DNA from: Gammaproteobacteria bacterium
GTDB lineage: Bacteria; Pseudomonadota; Gammaproteobacteria; JAJFKG01
NCBI GenBank assembly: GCA_965116795.1
Contig: OZ220716.1
Location: 1,194,503 to 1,258,502 of the forward strand
Direction of reading: 5' to 3'
Length of the DNA: 64,000 bases
The position numbers and the translations under genes are program-made. Below, one piece after another: positions 1 through 10,546 of this stretch (within the stretch, counting starts at the first letter, position 1; every line of letters starts with the position of its first letter). The notes under the pieces are model-generated. The model worked only from the letters and a program-made list of their open reading frames with translations. It did no database searches and was not told the DNA's origin.

Positions 1-11
1 TTCGGGCGTGG

Positions 12-2510
12 ATGGCAGAAAAAGATTTAAATTACCTTGACCGTATCCAGAAAGAAGACCCAGCACTGTACCAAAGAGAAATTGCCGACCTCAAACGTCA
101 AAATGACCCTAACGGCATACTCCCGCAACACGAAGCCAGACAACGTGAACGTGGCGTTGTTATCGGTGGTGAACCCAAAAAACAAGCTGATAGTACTGCC
201 TCTAAGAAGGAGCATAAACGTACACCGTCAGAAGAGCAGCTTGAAGAGATGGAACGGGAGATGGCAAGGTTTCAAGAGGAATTACAAAGTGTGTCTCCTG
301 AGTATAGCCATAGTGAAGAGAAGAAACCCAGAAAAGAGAAAATCCACAAGGGTAAATCAGAGGAAGAGAAATCTACCAAGAAAGGAGCCAGTCAACATCG
401 TCATCCTAAAACAGAAGTGGCGTTACCCGATGTGCCCGGGAGTATAGTCAAGACAATCCATGCTTACCAAGCACCACAAGGCTCAGGACAATTATCGTTT
501 CCTGCAGGCAGGCTGTTGGAGTTACTCAGTGATGAAGGCAAGTGGTTACGGTGTCGTGATACATCGGGCGAGGTTGGCTTGGTGCCGAGTATCTGTGTAG
601 AAAAAGTCAAGGCAAGCCCCAAAGTTGATGCGAAGACGGAGTCACTGCTTTTACCCAGGAGCAAAGTCCGCGCTTTACATGCTTACTTATCACCCCCTGG
701 CTCAGACCATTTAACGTTGTCTGCAGGTAGTGTGTTGGACTTGCTCAGTGATGAGGGTAATTGGTGGCGGTGTCGTGATACATCGGGCGAGGTTGGATTA
801 GTCCCCAGCAATCATGTGGTGAAAGTCAAAGAAAGTCTCAAGGCTAACGTAGAGGCCGCGTTACCGCCCGTGCCGGTGGCAGGTGGTTCTTCCTCATCCC
901 CATCCCCGGGGAATCGACTGGAGGTCGCGCGTCAAGCGGCCGCAAGGTTACAGGTTAGCAGTCCTTCTAGGAGCGGTTCATCCTCTTCACATGCTTCGCA
1001 CAGCAGTCAGGAAGAGAGCACGCCATCGCGCAAAGAAAGCGCGCTAGGGTTGCTAGACAGTCGAGGCGCAGGGCAAGTGGATATGCTGTTGAATTATGCT
1101 GATTTAACTTTTGGCAAGGTATTAGGAGCCGGTGGCTTTGGTGAAGTGTACCGTGGGGATTGGTTAGGAACCGATGTCGCGATTAAGAAATTATTGCAGC
1201 GCAGGTTAACCGCGACGTTAGAGCAAGAGTTCCGCCATGAAGCGGGGGTGATGGTGCAATTGCGTCATCCGAATGTATTAACCCTGTATGGCATCGTGTT
1301 AGTCCCAGAGGCGTGCATGGTATTAGAGTTTATGGCCAAGGGCTCGTTATATGACGTATTACACAGTCAAGCGCCACTGAGTTGGCAGTTGCGCTATCAG
1401 ATAGGGTTAGATACGGCCAAGGGGTTAGTGTACTTGCATGGTAAGCATCTATTGCATCGAGACTTAAAGAGTCTGAATGTGTTGTTAAATAAAGATTATC
1501 AAGCCAAGCTAGCGGACTTTGGGTTATCCAAGATAAAGGTCTCCACGAGTCAAACGCATAATGCAGGCATAGCAGGGACGACGCAGTGGATAGCGCCGGA
1601 GTTATTCTCTGAAGACAAGCCACGGTATACCCAAGCATGCGATGTGTACAGTTTTGCAATGGTGTTGTGGGAGCTGATGAGTCGGCAAGTGCCGTTTCAT
1701 GAGATTGGCAATAAGGGGCTGATACCCTTTAGAGTGACACAGGGTAAACGTGAAGTAATACCAGCTAATTCACCGGAGAGTTTGAAGGTATTGTTGGTGC
1801 GTTGTTGGTCGCAGCAGCCACAAGACAGACCGAAGATGAAAGCGGTGGTCAGTGAGTTAAAAGCCCATCCGGTAACCGATATCACATTGATACCCTCCCC
1901 ACATGGGCAAGCGAGCTCATCATCTTCGAGCAGCAGCAGCTCATCGATGTGGTATGACCAGAGCACGGAGCAAAGCTGTGATGTGGCGCGGAGCAAGACA
2001 TCAGGGCAGATATCCGGTGTATCGCTACCGCCGTTGAGCAGCAAGTATGTCAGTGGCAGTTATGAAGGTCAGCGGCCACAGAGGTCATTGCCTACTGCGC
2101 CGTCAGGAAGTAAAGGCAGTGCGCCTTTATCGCCCCAACAAGTGAACGTGAGTGATTACTTGCCGGGGAGTTATGCACAGTCGTCATCTGGTTCATCAGC
2201 GAGGCTGTTTCAACCTGCTGCAGGGCAAGCAGATGAGATGGCGCCGCCACCGCCGTTTATCGAGGAGAGCGTTAAGACGGCCGTGGCCAAGGGAGCATAT
2301 GCTGCAAAAGGGCCTAGTCAATTGTCATTTGCCAAGGGAGATACGTTACAGGTTATCGAACAGAAACCATCGGGCTGGTGGATATGTCAGTTAAATAGCA
2401 AGCAAGGATTGGCACCAGGGACGTGGTTGCGGTTGGTTGAGCCGGAAGAGTCTCATCAGCAACAAACTGGCAGTGGACAGTCATCTACGATGAGCAGTGG
2501 ATATGTGTAA
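12..2510 (+). CDS. Eukaryote-like SH3-SH3-Ser/Thr (TKL-type) kinase-SH3 protein, probable effector
   Basis: Kinase motifs LGAGGFGEV, VAIK, HRDLKSLN, DFG, GTTQWIAPE, DVYSF. Three SH3 domains (ALHAY...LTLSAG...WWRC...GLVPSNHV). Ser/Pro-rich linkers. Confidence 0.92.
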   Translation: MAEKDLNYLDRIQKEDPALYQREIADLKRQNDPNGILPQHEARQRERGVVIGGEPKKQADSTASKKEHKRTPSEEQLEEMEREMARFQEELQSVSPEYSHSEEKKPRKEKIHKGKSEEEKSTKKGASQHRHPKTEVALPDVPGSIVKTIHAYQAPQGSGQLSFPAGRLLELLSDEGKWLRCRDTSGEVGLVPSICVEKVKASPKVDAKTESLLLPRSKVRALHAYLSPPGSDHLTLSAGSVLDLLSDEGNWWRCRDTSGEVGLVPSNHVVKVKESLKANVEAALPPVPVAGGSSSSPSPGNRLEVARQAAARLQVSSPSRSGSSSSHASHSSQEESTPSRKESALGLLDSRGAGQVDMLLNYADLTFGKVLGAGGFGEVYRGDWLGTDVAIKKLLQRRLTATLEQEFRHEAGVMVQLRHPNVLTLYGIVLVPEACMVLEFMAKGSLYDVLHSQAPLSWQLRYQIGLDTAKGLVYLHGKHLLHRDLKSLNVLLNKDYQAKLADFGLSKIKVSTSQTHNAGIAGTTQWIAPELFSEDKPRYTQACDVYSFAMVLWELMSRQVPFHEIGNKGLIPFRVTQGKREVIPANSPESLKVLLVRCWSQQPQDRPKMKAVVSELKAHPVTDITLIPSPHGQASSSSSSSSSSSMWYDQSTEQSCDVARSKTSGQISGVSLPPLSSKYVSGSYEGQRPQRSLPTAPSGSKGSAPLSPQQVNVSDYLPGSYAQSSSGSSARLFQPAAGQADEMAPPPPFIEESVKTAVAKGAYAAKGPSQLSFAKGDTLQVIEQKPSGWWICQLNSKQGLAPGTWLRLVEPEESHQQQTGSGQSSTMSSGYV

Positions 2511-2643
2511 CCTATCTTATCTAACGCGTTGTTAAGCTGATTAGCGTATAGGTTGTTTGAGAAATTGATGACCTTGTGATGAGCGCATCTGGCGAGATAA
2601 AATAGTGTGTGATTGAGGCAACCGAAAGGAAGGAGGAAAAGCA

Positions 2644-2769
2644 ATGGACCCAGCAACGATAGCGGTGGCCGGAAAAATAGGCATAGCGATGTTTGATGTG
2701 GTCGCGTTTGACGCGGTGTTTACAACTAACCACCAGCCGTGTTTTGCTGGTTTAAGGATATCTACATGA
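2644..2769 (+). pseudogene. 5' stub of an MLKL-N-domain gene paralogous to 13597-15696
   Basis: aaaggaaggaggaaaagcaATGGACCCAG matches the start of the 15696 gene (aaaggaaggagagagcaATGGACCCAG). It occupies the same position after an SH3-kinase. Reads MDPATIAVAGKIGIAMF, then similarity is lost. Confidence 0.65.
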
Positions 2770-3023
2770 AAACTCAAAATTTCGGTGTGGCGCCCAAGCC
2801 TTTGATGCGCTATTCCCCGGTTCCGGGGCACACTTTCCCAGAGGCTCGTCTCTCTAGCTGCCTAAGTTGCTACAGGGAAAATCGTGAAAACGGGGCTGAG
2901 CAAGACAATCCCAAAAGGCCATTCCCAAGTGCCGGCTTCAACGCATTAAATATCAAAAGTAGTCAATCGCAAAGCAGCAAGTGGCCCGATAAACAAGGCC
3001 GCTACTGGTGGAAACTCACCTTA

Positions 3024-3888
3024 GAGCCTGTTCAAAATCTTCTAATAGCCAACACTAAAAAAGCCAACACCACCATTTGCAAACTTGTATTCATTTTTCT
3101 TTCGCAGTTTTTCCATAGTCGCCGACATTTTTCAATCCAACCAAATGAACGTTCCACCACCCAGCGTTTTGGTATCACAGCAAACTTATGTAATTCACTG
3201 CGTTTAGCCACCTCAACAGTCGCACCAATGATTTCCTGTATCGCCTCAGCAAAAAGGAGCCCCGTATAACCACCGTCCACTAACACATTTTGAACTGTAC
3301 TCAAGTTGTCTTTTGACTTCGTAAACATAATAATTGCACCTGCACGGTCTGTTATATTAGCCGTTGTAATGTGAATAGCATGCGGTAATCCTTGGGTATC
3401 CACAGCAATATGTCTCTTGATACCAGATATCTTCTTGCCCGCATCGTAACCCTTGTTTTCTGCTGTATCTGTGTTTTTTACACTTTGCGCATCGACAATG
3501 CAGAAACTGGTTTTTTCTTTGCGATTATCATCAACGCGTAATTCGGCAACCAATTTTTTTTAAAGCCTGCTCAAGTAGGCTTGGTTCTCCATCAACTTGT
3601 TCACTCCAAATTTGAAAATAGGCGTGGACGCTGCGCCATTTTGGAAAATCTTGGGGCAACATTCGCCATTGACAGGCTGTTTTCAATAAATAAAGTACCG
3701 AACAGAAAATATCATATAAATCATATTGTCTTGGACGCGTCTGCTTTCTAGCACTCAGCAATAATGGCTCTATTAACGCAAATTGCTCTCGACTTATGTC
3801 GCTTGGATATCCCCTGCGCATTTTAACTCCCTCTTAAATGATAACAGCGCAGATGTTAACTCTTTACTCTTGGATTTTGAACAGGCTC
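3024..3888 (-). mobile_element. IS5-family (IS1031-like, TNA target) insertion sequence, copy 1, 865 bp
   Basis: Terminal IRs GAGCCTGTTCAAAATC / GATTTTGAACAGGCTC. Two overlapping transposase ORFs. Appears identical to 18383-19247. Confidence 0.95.
3032..3821 (-). CDS. IS5 transposase (orfA 3531-3821, orfB 3032-3553, joined by frameshift at an A8 run)
   Basis: YPSDIS/QWRMLPQDFP N-domain. IVDAQS, GYDAGKK, VDGGY, RWVVERSF DDE motifs. TTAAAAAAAATTGG at the overlap. Confidence 0.9.
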
Positions 3889-6800
3889 TCAGCTACCGCG
3901 GCTCTGACATACACACTTGCATCTTTAAGGCGGGCGACCAGCGCGCGCACCACCAGTTCTGGCAAAGACGTTTGCTCACCTAAGGCACGAGCCGCCGGGA
4001 TTCTGACGTGCTCTTCCACATCATCAAGGCGAGCGGCCAACGCGAGCACCACTGGCTCTGACAAGGACGTTTGCTTGCCCAAGGCAACAGCCGCCACGGC
4101 TCTGACCTTCCCTTTCGCACTTTCAAGGCGAGCGGCCAATGCGAGCACCACTGGCTCTGACAAGGACGTTTGCTTGTCTAAGATATGATACGCCGCGATG
4201 CCGGTGTACCCTTGCCCATTTTCAGCAAGGTGAGTGAGTGCGAACACCACCCGCTCTGGCAAGGACGTTTGCTTGCTTAAGGCATCAGCCACCGCAGAGA
4301 CGACGTACTCTTCCCCATGTTTAAGGCGAGCTACCAGCACGAGCAACACTGGCTCTGGCAACGATGTTTGAGCGCCTAAGGCACCAGCCATCTCGGCTAT
4401 GAGATCCCTATCCGCAGTATTCAGATCTGTAAGGCAAGCAGTCAGTGCTACGATAAGGGATTCGGGGAGTTCAACGTGTCGCTTGCCTAGTTCTTTAAGG
4501 AAAATGATAACCGCTCGTTGATACTCTCCCCGTTCGACTGCTGGCGGTGCTAACGCATTCAGCAACCTGCCTTCTTTCACTAGGCGTGCACTCAATGCCA
4601 CACTACTTATCAGCGATTGTCTAGCTTTTTGCAGGACACTATCAGCACCATTATCATACCTCCTCGCGTAATAACCATACTTGGCGATCTGCGTAAGCTG
4701 ATGATCAGCATGACGCAGCCAGCGGTTGTGTCGTTCCTCAGGTAACCCAGGCTGTCCTGCGTCGGTAACATATTCTTCCAGCAGCCGAATACTCAAGCTA
4801 GCCTGTCGAAGCCCTAACACGTCATAGGGTGCTTGCTCCAACAAGTCAAAGAACCGCTTGGCGTGTTGTTCTCCTTTGTTTGCCAGTAGTCCTACCACAA
4901 ACCACCACACCACTTCATACTGCTCATCAAACTTATACCGCTGGATGAACTCGACTACGGTCGGATAAGGTGGCTGCGCTTGCCCCACTGGCCGGTACTC
5001 AGCCAACCCCCATGGCTGAGTCCCATCACTAAACGCTTCGACAATGTGCCACGCTGCATAAAATTCTTGAAAGGTCAGGTGAAGGAAATAATAACTTGCC
5101 GGGCTGCCCTCAGTGGCCGCAATTTCTTTGAGTAAACCAATAGCTAAGATAGCTTGCAGCGATAGACGCTTCCTCTCCCGTTTTGACCAGTACTGCAGTA
5201 CTTGCTCTACCTCTACTTTCGGTAATAACAAGTCCCCCGTTACCAATCCACGAATAGCCATCATGCCCAAACAACGTTGTTCTCGTTGGCATAGCGTTAA
5301 TACTTCATCATCTCTAAGTTCATCATTGACGTATGCCGCAAATTCATCACCATATTCACTTTTTAGATAAGCAATGCGCCGCTCGCACCCGCGCTGTCCA
5401 ACTTCAAGATAGCGCGATAATAATCGTTGATTTAGTTGCGTATAGAGTATGGTCATGGTAATCGTGCTGGGATTAGCTTTTTGCCATAGGCTGTCATGCT
5501 GCCATACATAACAGATAAGCGCTAACTGAATCGGTATATGCGCAATTCCCCACACCGCACGATTCGCTTGCAAGTGCTGAGTTAACGCATGGCCTTTTTT
5601 AACTTCTGCTGCACTTTCACTTTTAAAATAGCACGTAATGTATTTCGGAATATTCTTATCAATAAACCCCATGACTTCGAGCTCGCGGTCAACTTTTTCT
5701 CCAGCACAGTCTTGCCGGAAATTTTGCATGTGATGCGGGCGTGAGGTCACTATCCACCGTGCTTTGCCAGTCAACTCTGCAAACAAATTCCATACCGGGT
5801 GGCGCTGACAACTGTCATACATGGAATCTGCTCTGGATAAATTCGCTATCTCATCATACCCATCAAGGATATAGAGAATGTGCGTTGCTTCATCTACCAA
5901 TGCTGCTACGTCTTCAGCGTTGATGCGACGCCGTTTCGCTATCTGTTGGAATCCAGCCCGTTCCACACAAAGTCCCCCAGCGTTGGGGTATTGCCACGGG
6001 CACGTATCTGTTTAGCATAGCCTGCCAATTCTCGTAATGATATTCCGATGACCGCAGTAAATTGATTAACGGGGTCATTTTGCCATGGCGCGTCAGTTGC
6101 CCATTGATGGCATAGATAACGACACAACGTACTCTTGCCAATCCCCGCACGGCCTAGTACCAATAACCGATGAATGGGTTTATTGGGCTCATCAGCTGTC
6201 CGCCGTTGTTTGGGCGCGTCTGTTGCTGGCTTCCGTTCAATTGGCTTAAATAATTCTGCTGGCGTAATCGTTTCAGTGTGTTTTACATTATGCAAGCTCT
6301 CATACGTGTGTAAGCGTGCATCATGTATCGATGAACCATCTGCTTTTGGTTTATCTTCTGAAGAAGCTTCTTTTTCTAACTTATTCGCTTTCTCTAATTG
6401 TTCCTTTTCTAATTTTGGTGCCACTTTCTGGATAATGCTCAAGTTGATATAGCACTCGGCTAATGAGGTTTCCCCTTTGTCAAACAAGCGGGGCAATGTC
6501 GACTGGGACTTGGTTTGGTAATAATCTCGAAACACATCAGCTAACTTTGCTTTGTTTTGTTTTATATTAATCTGAACTAGCTTTTCTCTTGCCTGGTAAA
6601 GCAAGTCTTCAGGGATAGTTTCCCCTTTTAGTTTAATAATTAATTTCGAAATGTGAACAACCCCTACCTGTGAAAGCACGAGATTACCGGCTAACGCTCG
6701 TGCAATGGTTGTTGCATTTACATCGCCGCTTACCTGTGCACCAGACTCAACCACGTTAATGTTGACGACAACATTACCCTCTGCATCTGATGCTTCTACT

Positions 6801-6964
6801 TCTGGAATGAGCTCGGGGATCTCTTCCTCATGCTTCTCCACAGATAAATACACGTGATCACTAGACGACAAGCTACTGCTGGATGAGTTGCTAAAAGAAG
6901 CGGCAGCAGGGTAATAGCCCCGCTGCCGTTCCGAATGAATTGATGTTGGATTTGAGTGGCTTAT
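3889..6964 (-). pseudogene. NLR-like NACHT NTPase with HEAT repeats, 5' part (frameshifted near 5950, split by IS5)
   Basis: Walker A GRAGIGKST, Walker B ILDGYDE, IVTSR, IPIQL and FLHLTFQEFYAA NACHT motifs. 34-aa HEAT repeats (ALGKQTSLPEPVVLALAARL). Continues at 19248. Confidence 0.88.
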
Positions 6965-8070
6965 GGACTGCCTGATGGTTGTATTACCGCTGCTTCCTGT
7001 TGCTGCTGCAACTTTGGGGAAGTATTTTCTTCCTCATTTCCAGGCACATCTATTTCTTCTTCCTTTTCCCACTCTTTAGAGCCATGACTGCCACCGACGT
7101 CCAAAGGAAGAGTATTCGGAGAAGGTGGAGAGAACATACCTTGAGAAGATGCAGCTTGTGCTAGAGAAGGAGCGGCTGATGGCACGTGAGTGAATTTAAA
7201 TCCTTGAGCCTGTGCCTCCCTCGTTATTACTTCAACATCTTTACCGACTTTGCCACCCTCAGTTACAACAGTTGTATGTATATCAACGTTTGCCTTCGGC
7301 AACTTGCTTGCCTCTTTCTCATATTTTGTCTGTTCTTGTAGCCCAATTGCATACAAAGCACCCGCTTCCTGCGGATTTACGAAATCTAGGTTAAACTCAG
7401 CCCCTGCTGCAGCCCTCCCATGCTCGGTGACAACCCTAACACTTCCGCCTACCTGGCCTTCCACCACAGTCTGGTGTACGCTCGTCTTCGGCAGGGAGAA
7501 GTTCCCTAGTTGCTCAAGCTTCTCTTTAATCGCCGTTAAATCGGCTTTGACGATGCCCAAATCCTCTAACGATTCTTCATCTTTTTCTAGGATCTTTTGC
7601 GCATACTCTCCTAAGGTGACCATTTCTGCTTGTAGTGCCTCTTTGATTTCCACTCTTTCTTCAACCGCTTTTGCTTCACTGATGGTCATCCCAATATTTA
7701 ACGAAAGATTGACATCATGGATGGTCGAATCTAACGTCTCTGCTATCTCATCACGCTGTTTATTGTAGTCACCCGCATTAATAAATCTCTTTATTTTGGC
7801 TTTAACGCCCGGTTTATTTATCTTTGCCACAAATGGCAAACACCTATCGTTTAGCGTACTCGCTATCCTCTGAAGTGCCGTTTCTAACCCTGGGTTATCT
7901 GTGTGTTCAACTTGTTTCTTAAAATTTTCATTGTCTAAGATAGTAAAAACATTTTGCGCTCTAGCAGCCAAACTCCGACTGAGTGGCTTTAACTCTTTTG
8001 CCTTTTGGGCTTGCTTATAAACATCATGCGCTAAGTTTGCTACCGCAATAATCAATCCCGGATCTATCAT
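6961..8070 (-). CDS. MLKL-N-terminal (4-helix bundle/HeLo-like) domain protein with two beta-rich pseudo-repeats and Glu-rich tail
   Basis: MIDPGL..VYKQAQKAK...RSLAAR...ALQRI...KIKRFINA...LDSTIHDVNLSL aligns by eye with MLKL_NTD and with the N-terminus of 15696. RBS AAGGAG 8 nt before ATG 8070. Confidence 0.75.
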   Translation of the reverse strand: MIDPGLIIAVANLAHDVYKQAQKAKELKPLSRSLAARAQNVFTILDNENFKKQVEHTDNPGLETALQRIASTLNDRCLPFVAKINKPGVKAKIKRFINAGDYNKQRDEIAETLDSTIHDVNLSLNIGMTISEAKAVEERVEIKEALQAEMVTLGEYAQKILEKDEESLEDLGIVKADLTAIKEKLEQLGNFSLPKTSVHQTVVEGQVGGSVRVVTEHGRAAAGAEFNLDFVNPQEAGALYAIGLQEQTKYEKEASKLPKANVDIHTTVVTEGGKVGKDVEVITREAQAQGFKFTHVPSAAPSLAQAASSQGMFSPPSPNTLPLDVGGSHGSKEWEKEEEIDVPGNEEENTSPKLQQQQEAAVIQPSGSP

Positions 8071-8536
8071 CTGCATTTCTCCTTTTGCAATAAACAATCT
8101 CAATTACTAGCAGCAAAATTATCGCGTCAATTATGCTCCTTAACTGCTAGTATCCATTTTCGCATAGCACGAAAACACCCAAACAACGCGACGCATTTCA
8201 CTCGTCGTTCGCTGTGCTTATTGAGGCTAAATTTTAAGTGACTTAATAGGAATTATTTAAATCATTCAACTTAAGTGGTAACGCTTGATGTTTTAAATGT
8301 AATGGACGAGAGCAATCAGTGCTACCTACGTTCGAGAATATACACCAAGGTATTTGTTCAATGCAATGTTTATTCTGCACTCACTCCCTCAAATGCACAG
8401 CACACCCAATTTTAGCTACACATCCAATGTCATTGCTAGCCTATCTTTATTTTGCACCGTGCCTTATCTTCTCCCACGATTTTCCTCTGCTTAGAGTGGC
8501 TCTACCAGACGAAGCGCTAGGATAACAAATAAGATA

Positions 8537-8675
8537 GACATAATCTTACCTAACCCATCACGCTTTGCTTTACCCCATAAAACCCCGTCTTAACGTATCT
8601 TCTGACTATTTGTTTGGCAAATGAGATAAGCTAACGAGATTATAGGGGATACCTTACGCTCATACAATAACGAGC
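8537..8675 (-). promoter_or_regulatory. Sigma70 promoter plus conserved ~100-nt leader, copy A
   Basis: TTGTAT(8667-8662)-17 bp-TATAAT(8644-8639). Homologous over ~140 bp to 54847-54987. Confidence 0.75.
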
Positions 8676-9058
8676 ACACAGCCCCAAGCAATTCCCGAAT
8701 TACCAAAAGTAAAAACGCAAAGGATGTAATGAGTCTTGCCCTTGTGGTAGTGGTAAAAAATACAAAAACTGGGATACAGTAATCGCATGACCGGTTTGCG
8801 TAAATGGCAATGGGCGTTACGGAAGATTGCGGCACAGTTGAATGTGCAAGCAGCAAGAAAAGCATATTAGCTATTGTCCTTACGACATAAACAGGTTAGT
8901 TTGAATAAAATTTAAATATAAGATAACTTCAAGGAAGCATACAAAACTAGAACAACTTATATTTACATCTCTAAAATTTGCCCTATTTGCTCCTTAGGTG
9001 TAACATGCAAATATAAAATCGTTTAAAATTTAGTGGTACGTTAAGGAGTGACTAACCT

Positions 9059-10426
9059 ATGTTTTCGGCAAAAAAACCAAATGAAGAAATTGAAGATTCT
9101 ATACAGTTAATCACAGATGAAAAGGATGATGTTAAGTTAAAGCAAGGAACAATCGGCAAGATAGAAGAAACACCACAAGGTAAACTAAACGCTGAAAGCC
9201 AACAGTCACAAATAAACGAAAAGGATCCATATCCAGCATGGCGATCACCATTAAGCACAAAGCAGGCAAAAAACAGCACCAGCAGCTCATCTATCACTGT
9301 AGATAATACACCCCAAAAAAATAGCACTTTAACTAAATCTAATTCTTCAGATGAAAACTGTAGCAAGTATGCAAAACCTAGCTCAGCTGTTATCAGTGGA
9401 CATTTGACTGCTATTCAAGTTGAATTTGATATTCTAGTAGATGAAAGGGATAAACTAAAACAAGAAAATATGCTCCTACAAGAAAGACTATCTGATTTAC
9501 AATTAGCATATGGCGAATTACTGAAAAATTCACAAACTCAAACAACAACTGAAGTCAAACAACAATCTTCACCTCATTCCACTGCCACTAAAAGTGAAGT
9601 TGGATCATCATCAATGTTTTTTTCACAACCAACTTTACCTGTTTCAAGCACATCGGAAATTTACTCATCTTCAATTAGCAGTATACCGGAGCATTCAGTT
9701 CAAGAACTACAAGATGTTCTAACTCTTGCTTGTTATCAGGCTGATTTAAAACAAGTTAAGATGTTAGTAGAACAAAAGGGTGTTAGCCCAATAGCCAATG
9801 ACTCTCAAAGACAAACTGCAACAACTGCTGCTATTAGAGGCTTGGCCTTTAATGTTCTTGAGTACTTAGAAACCAAAACAAACTATGAACTAACAGATTG
9901 GCTAGATATGGCAAGGAAAGTTCAAAATAAAGATGGCACATTAATATTGTTTAATCGCTCAGTAACTACTTTTCAAAACCTAGTTAAACATTATGAAAAG
10001 AATAAAGATAGTTTTATCTATGATCATTCAGAGTTAGAAAAAAGACGAGTGGTAGCTATTAAAAGTCCTTATAAAAATCGAAAAAATTTGAAATCTTTTG
10101 AAGAGCCATTGCTCAAAAGTAGAACCGTTGCTAAAGCATTTAATAGACCAGCCATTAGAGGTAAACGAGCCGCTTTACTCGAAATACATACTCCGATTAA
10201 AGGAAAAGTTAAAGATAAAATAGTTAACTACGAATGGGAGGGAACAAAACAATTGAATCGTATCACTTTTGGGAAAGAAAAAGGTTCTGTTTTTCTATTA
10301 TGGGAATTAGCCGATATGATGAAAGTATATCTATACAATAAAGGAATAAAGCTGAATGAACAATGCATTTTACAGACTCAACATCCTACTAGTAATACAC
10401 CCAGTTCAGCTATGCAACCCAGTTAA
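9059..10426 (+). CDS. Coiled-coil plus ankyrin-repeat protein, probable effector
   Basis: Heptad segment LVDERDKLKQENMLLQERL. Ank-like LTLACYQADLKQVKMLVEQKG...TATTAAIRG. RBS TAAGGAG. AT-rich. Confidence 0.65.
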   Translation: MFSAKKPNEEIEDSIQLITDEKDDVKLKQGTIGKIEETPQGKLNAESQQSQINEKDPYPAWRSPLSTKQAKNSTSSSSITVDNTPQKNSTLTKSNSSDENCSKYAKPSSAVISGHLTAIQVEFDILVDERDKLKQENMLLQERLSDLQLAYGELLKNSQTQTTTEVKQQSSPHSTATKSEVGSSSMFFSQPTLPVSSTSEIYSSSISSIPEHSVQELQDVLTLACYQADLKQVKMLVEQKGVSPIANDSQRQTATTAAIRGLAFNVLEYLETKTNYELTDWLDMARKVQNKDGTLILFNRSVTTFQNLVKHYEKNKDSFIYDHSELEKRRVVAIKSPYKNRKNLKSFEEPLLKSRTVAKAFNRPAIRGKRAALLEIHTPIKGKVKDKIVNYEWEGTKQLNRITFGKEKGSVFLLWELADMMKVYLYNKGIKLNEQCILQTQHPTSNTPSSAMQPS

Positions 10427-10546
10427 GAAGAATAATATTAAAATTTATGTCAGCCAGTTAAGTATTGGTAAAATATTACAGTATTTTACCGACATGTATC
10501 GAAGAAGGATAGACTTAGTTATACGGAAATTTAAGGAGTAAACGAT

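Noticed and set aside
2739-3269. 176-aa + strand ORF and the 2700-3020 segment
   Set aside because: It runs antisense into the IS5 with no recognisable motif. The segment may be the end of another element, but I could not identify one.
10455-10480. Possible PmrA box (TTAAGTATT..TAAAATATT)
   Set aside because: Spacing does not fit the consensus and the region is AT-rich.
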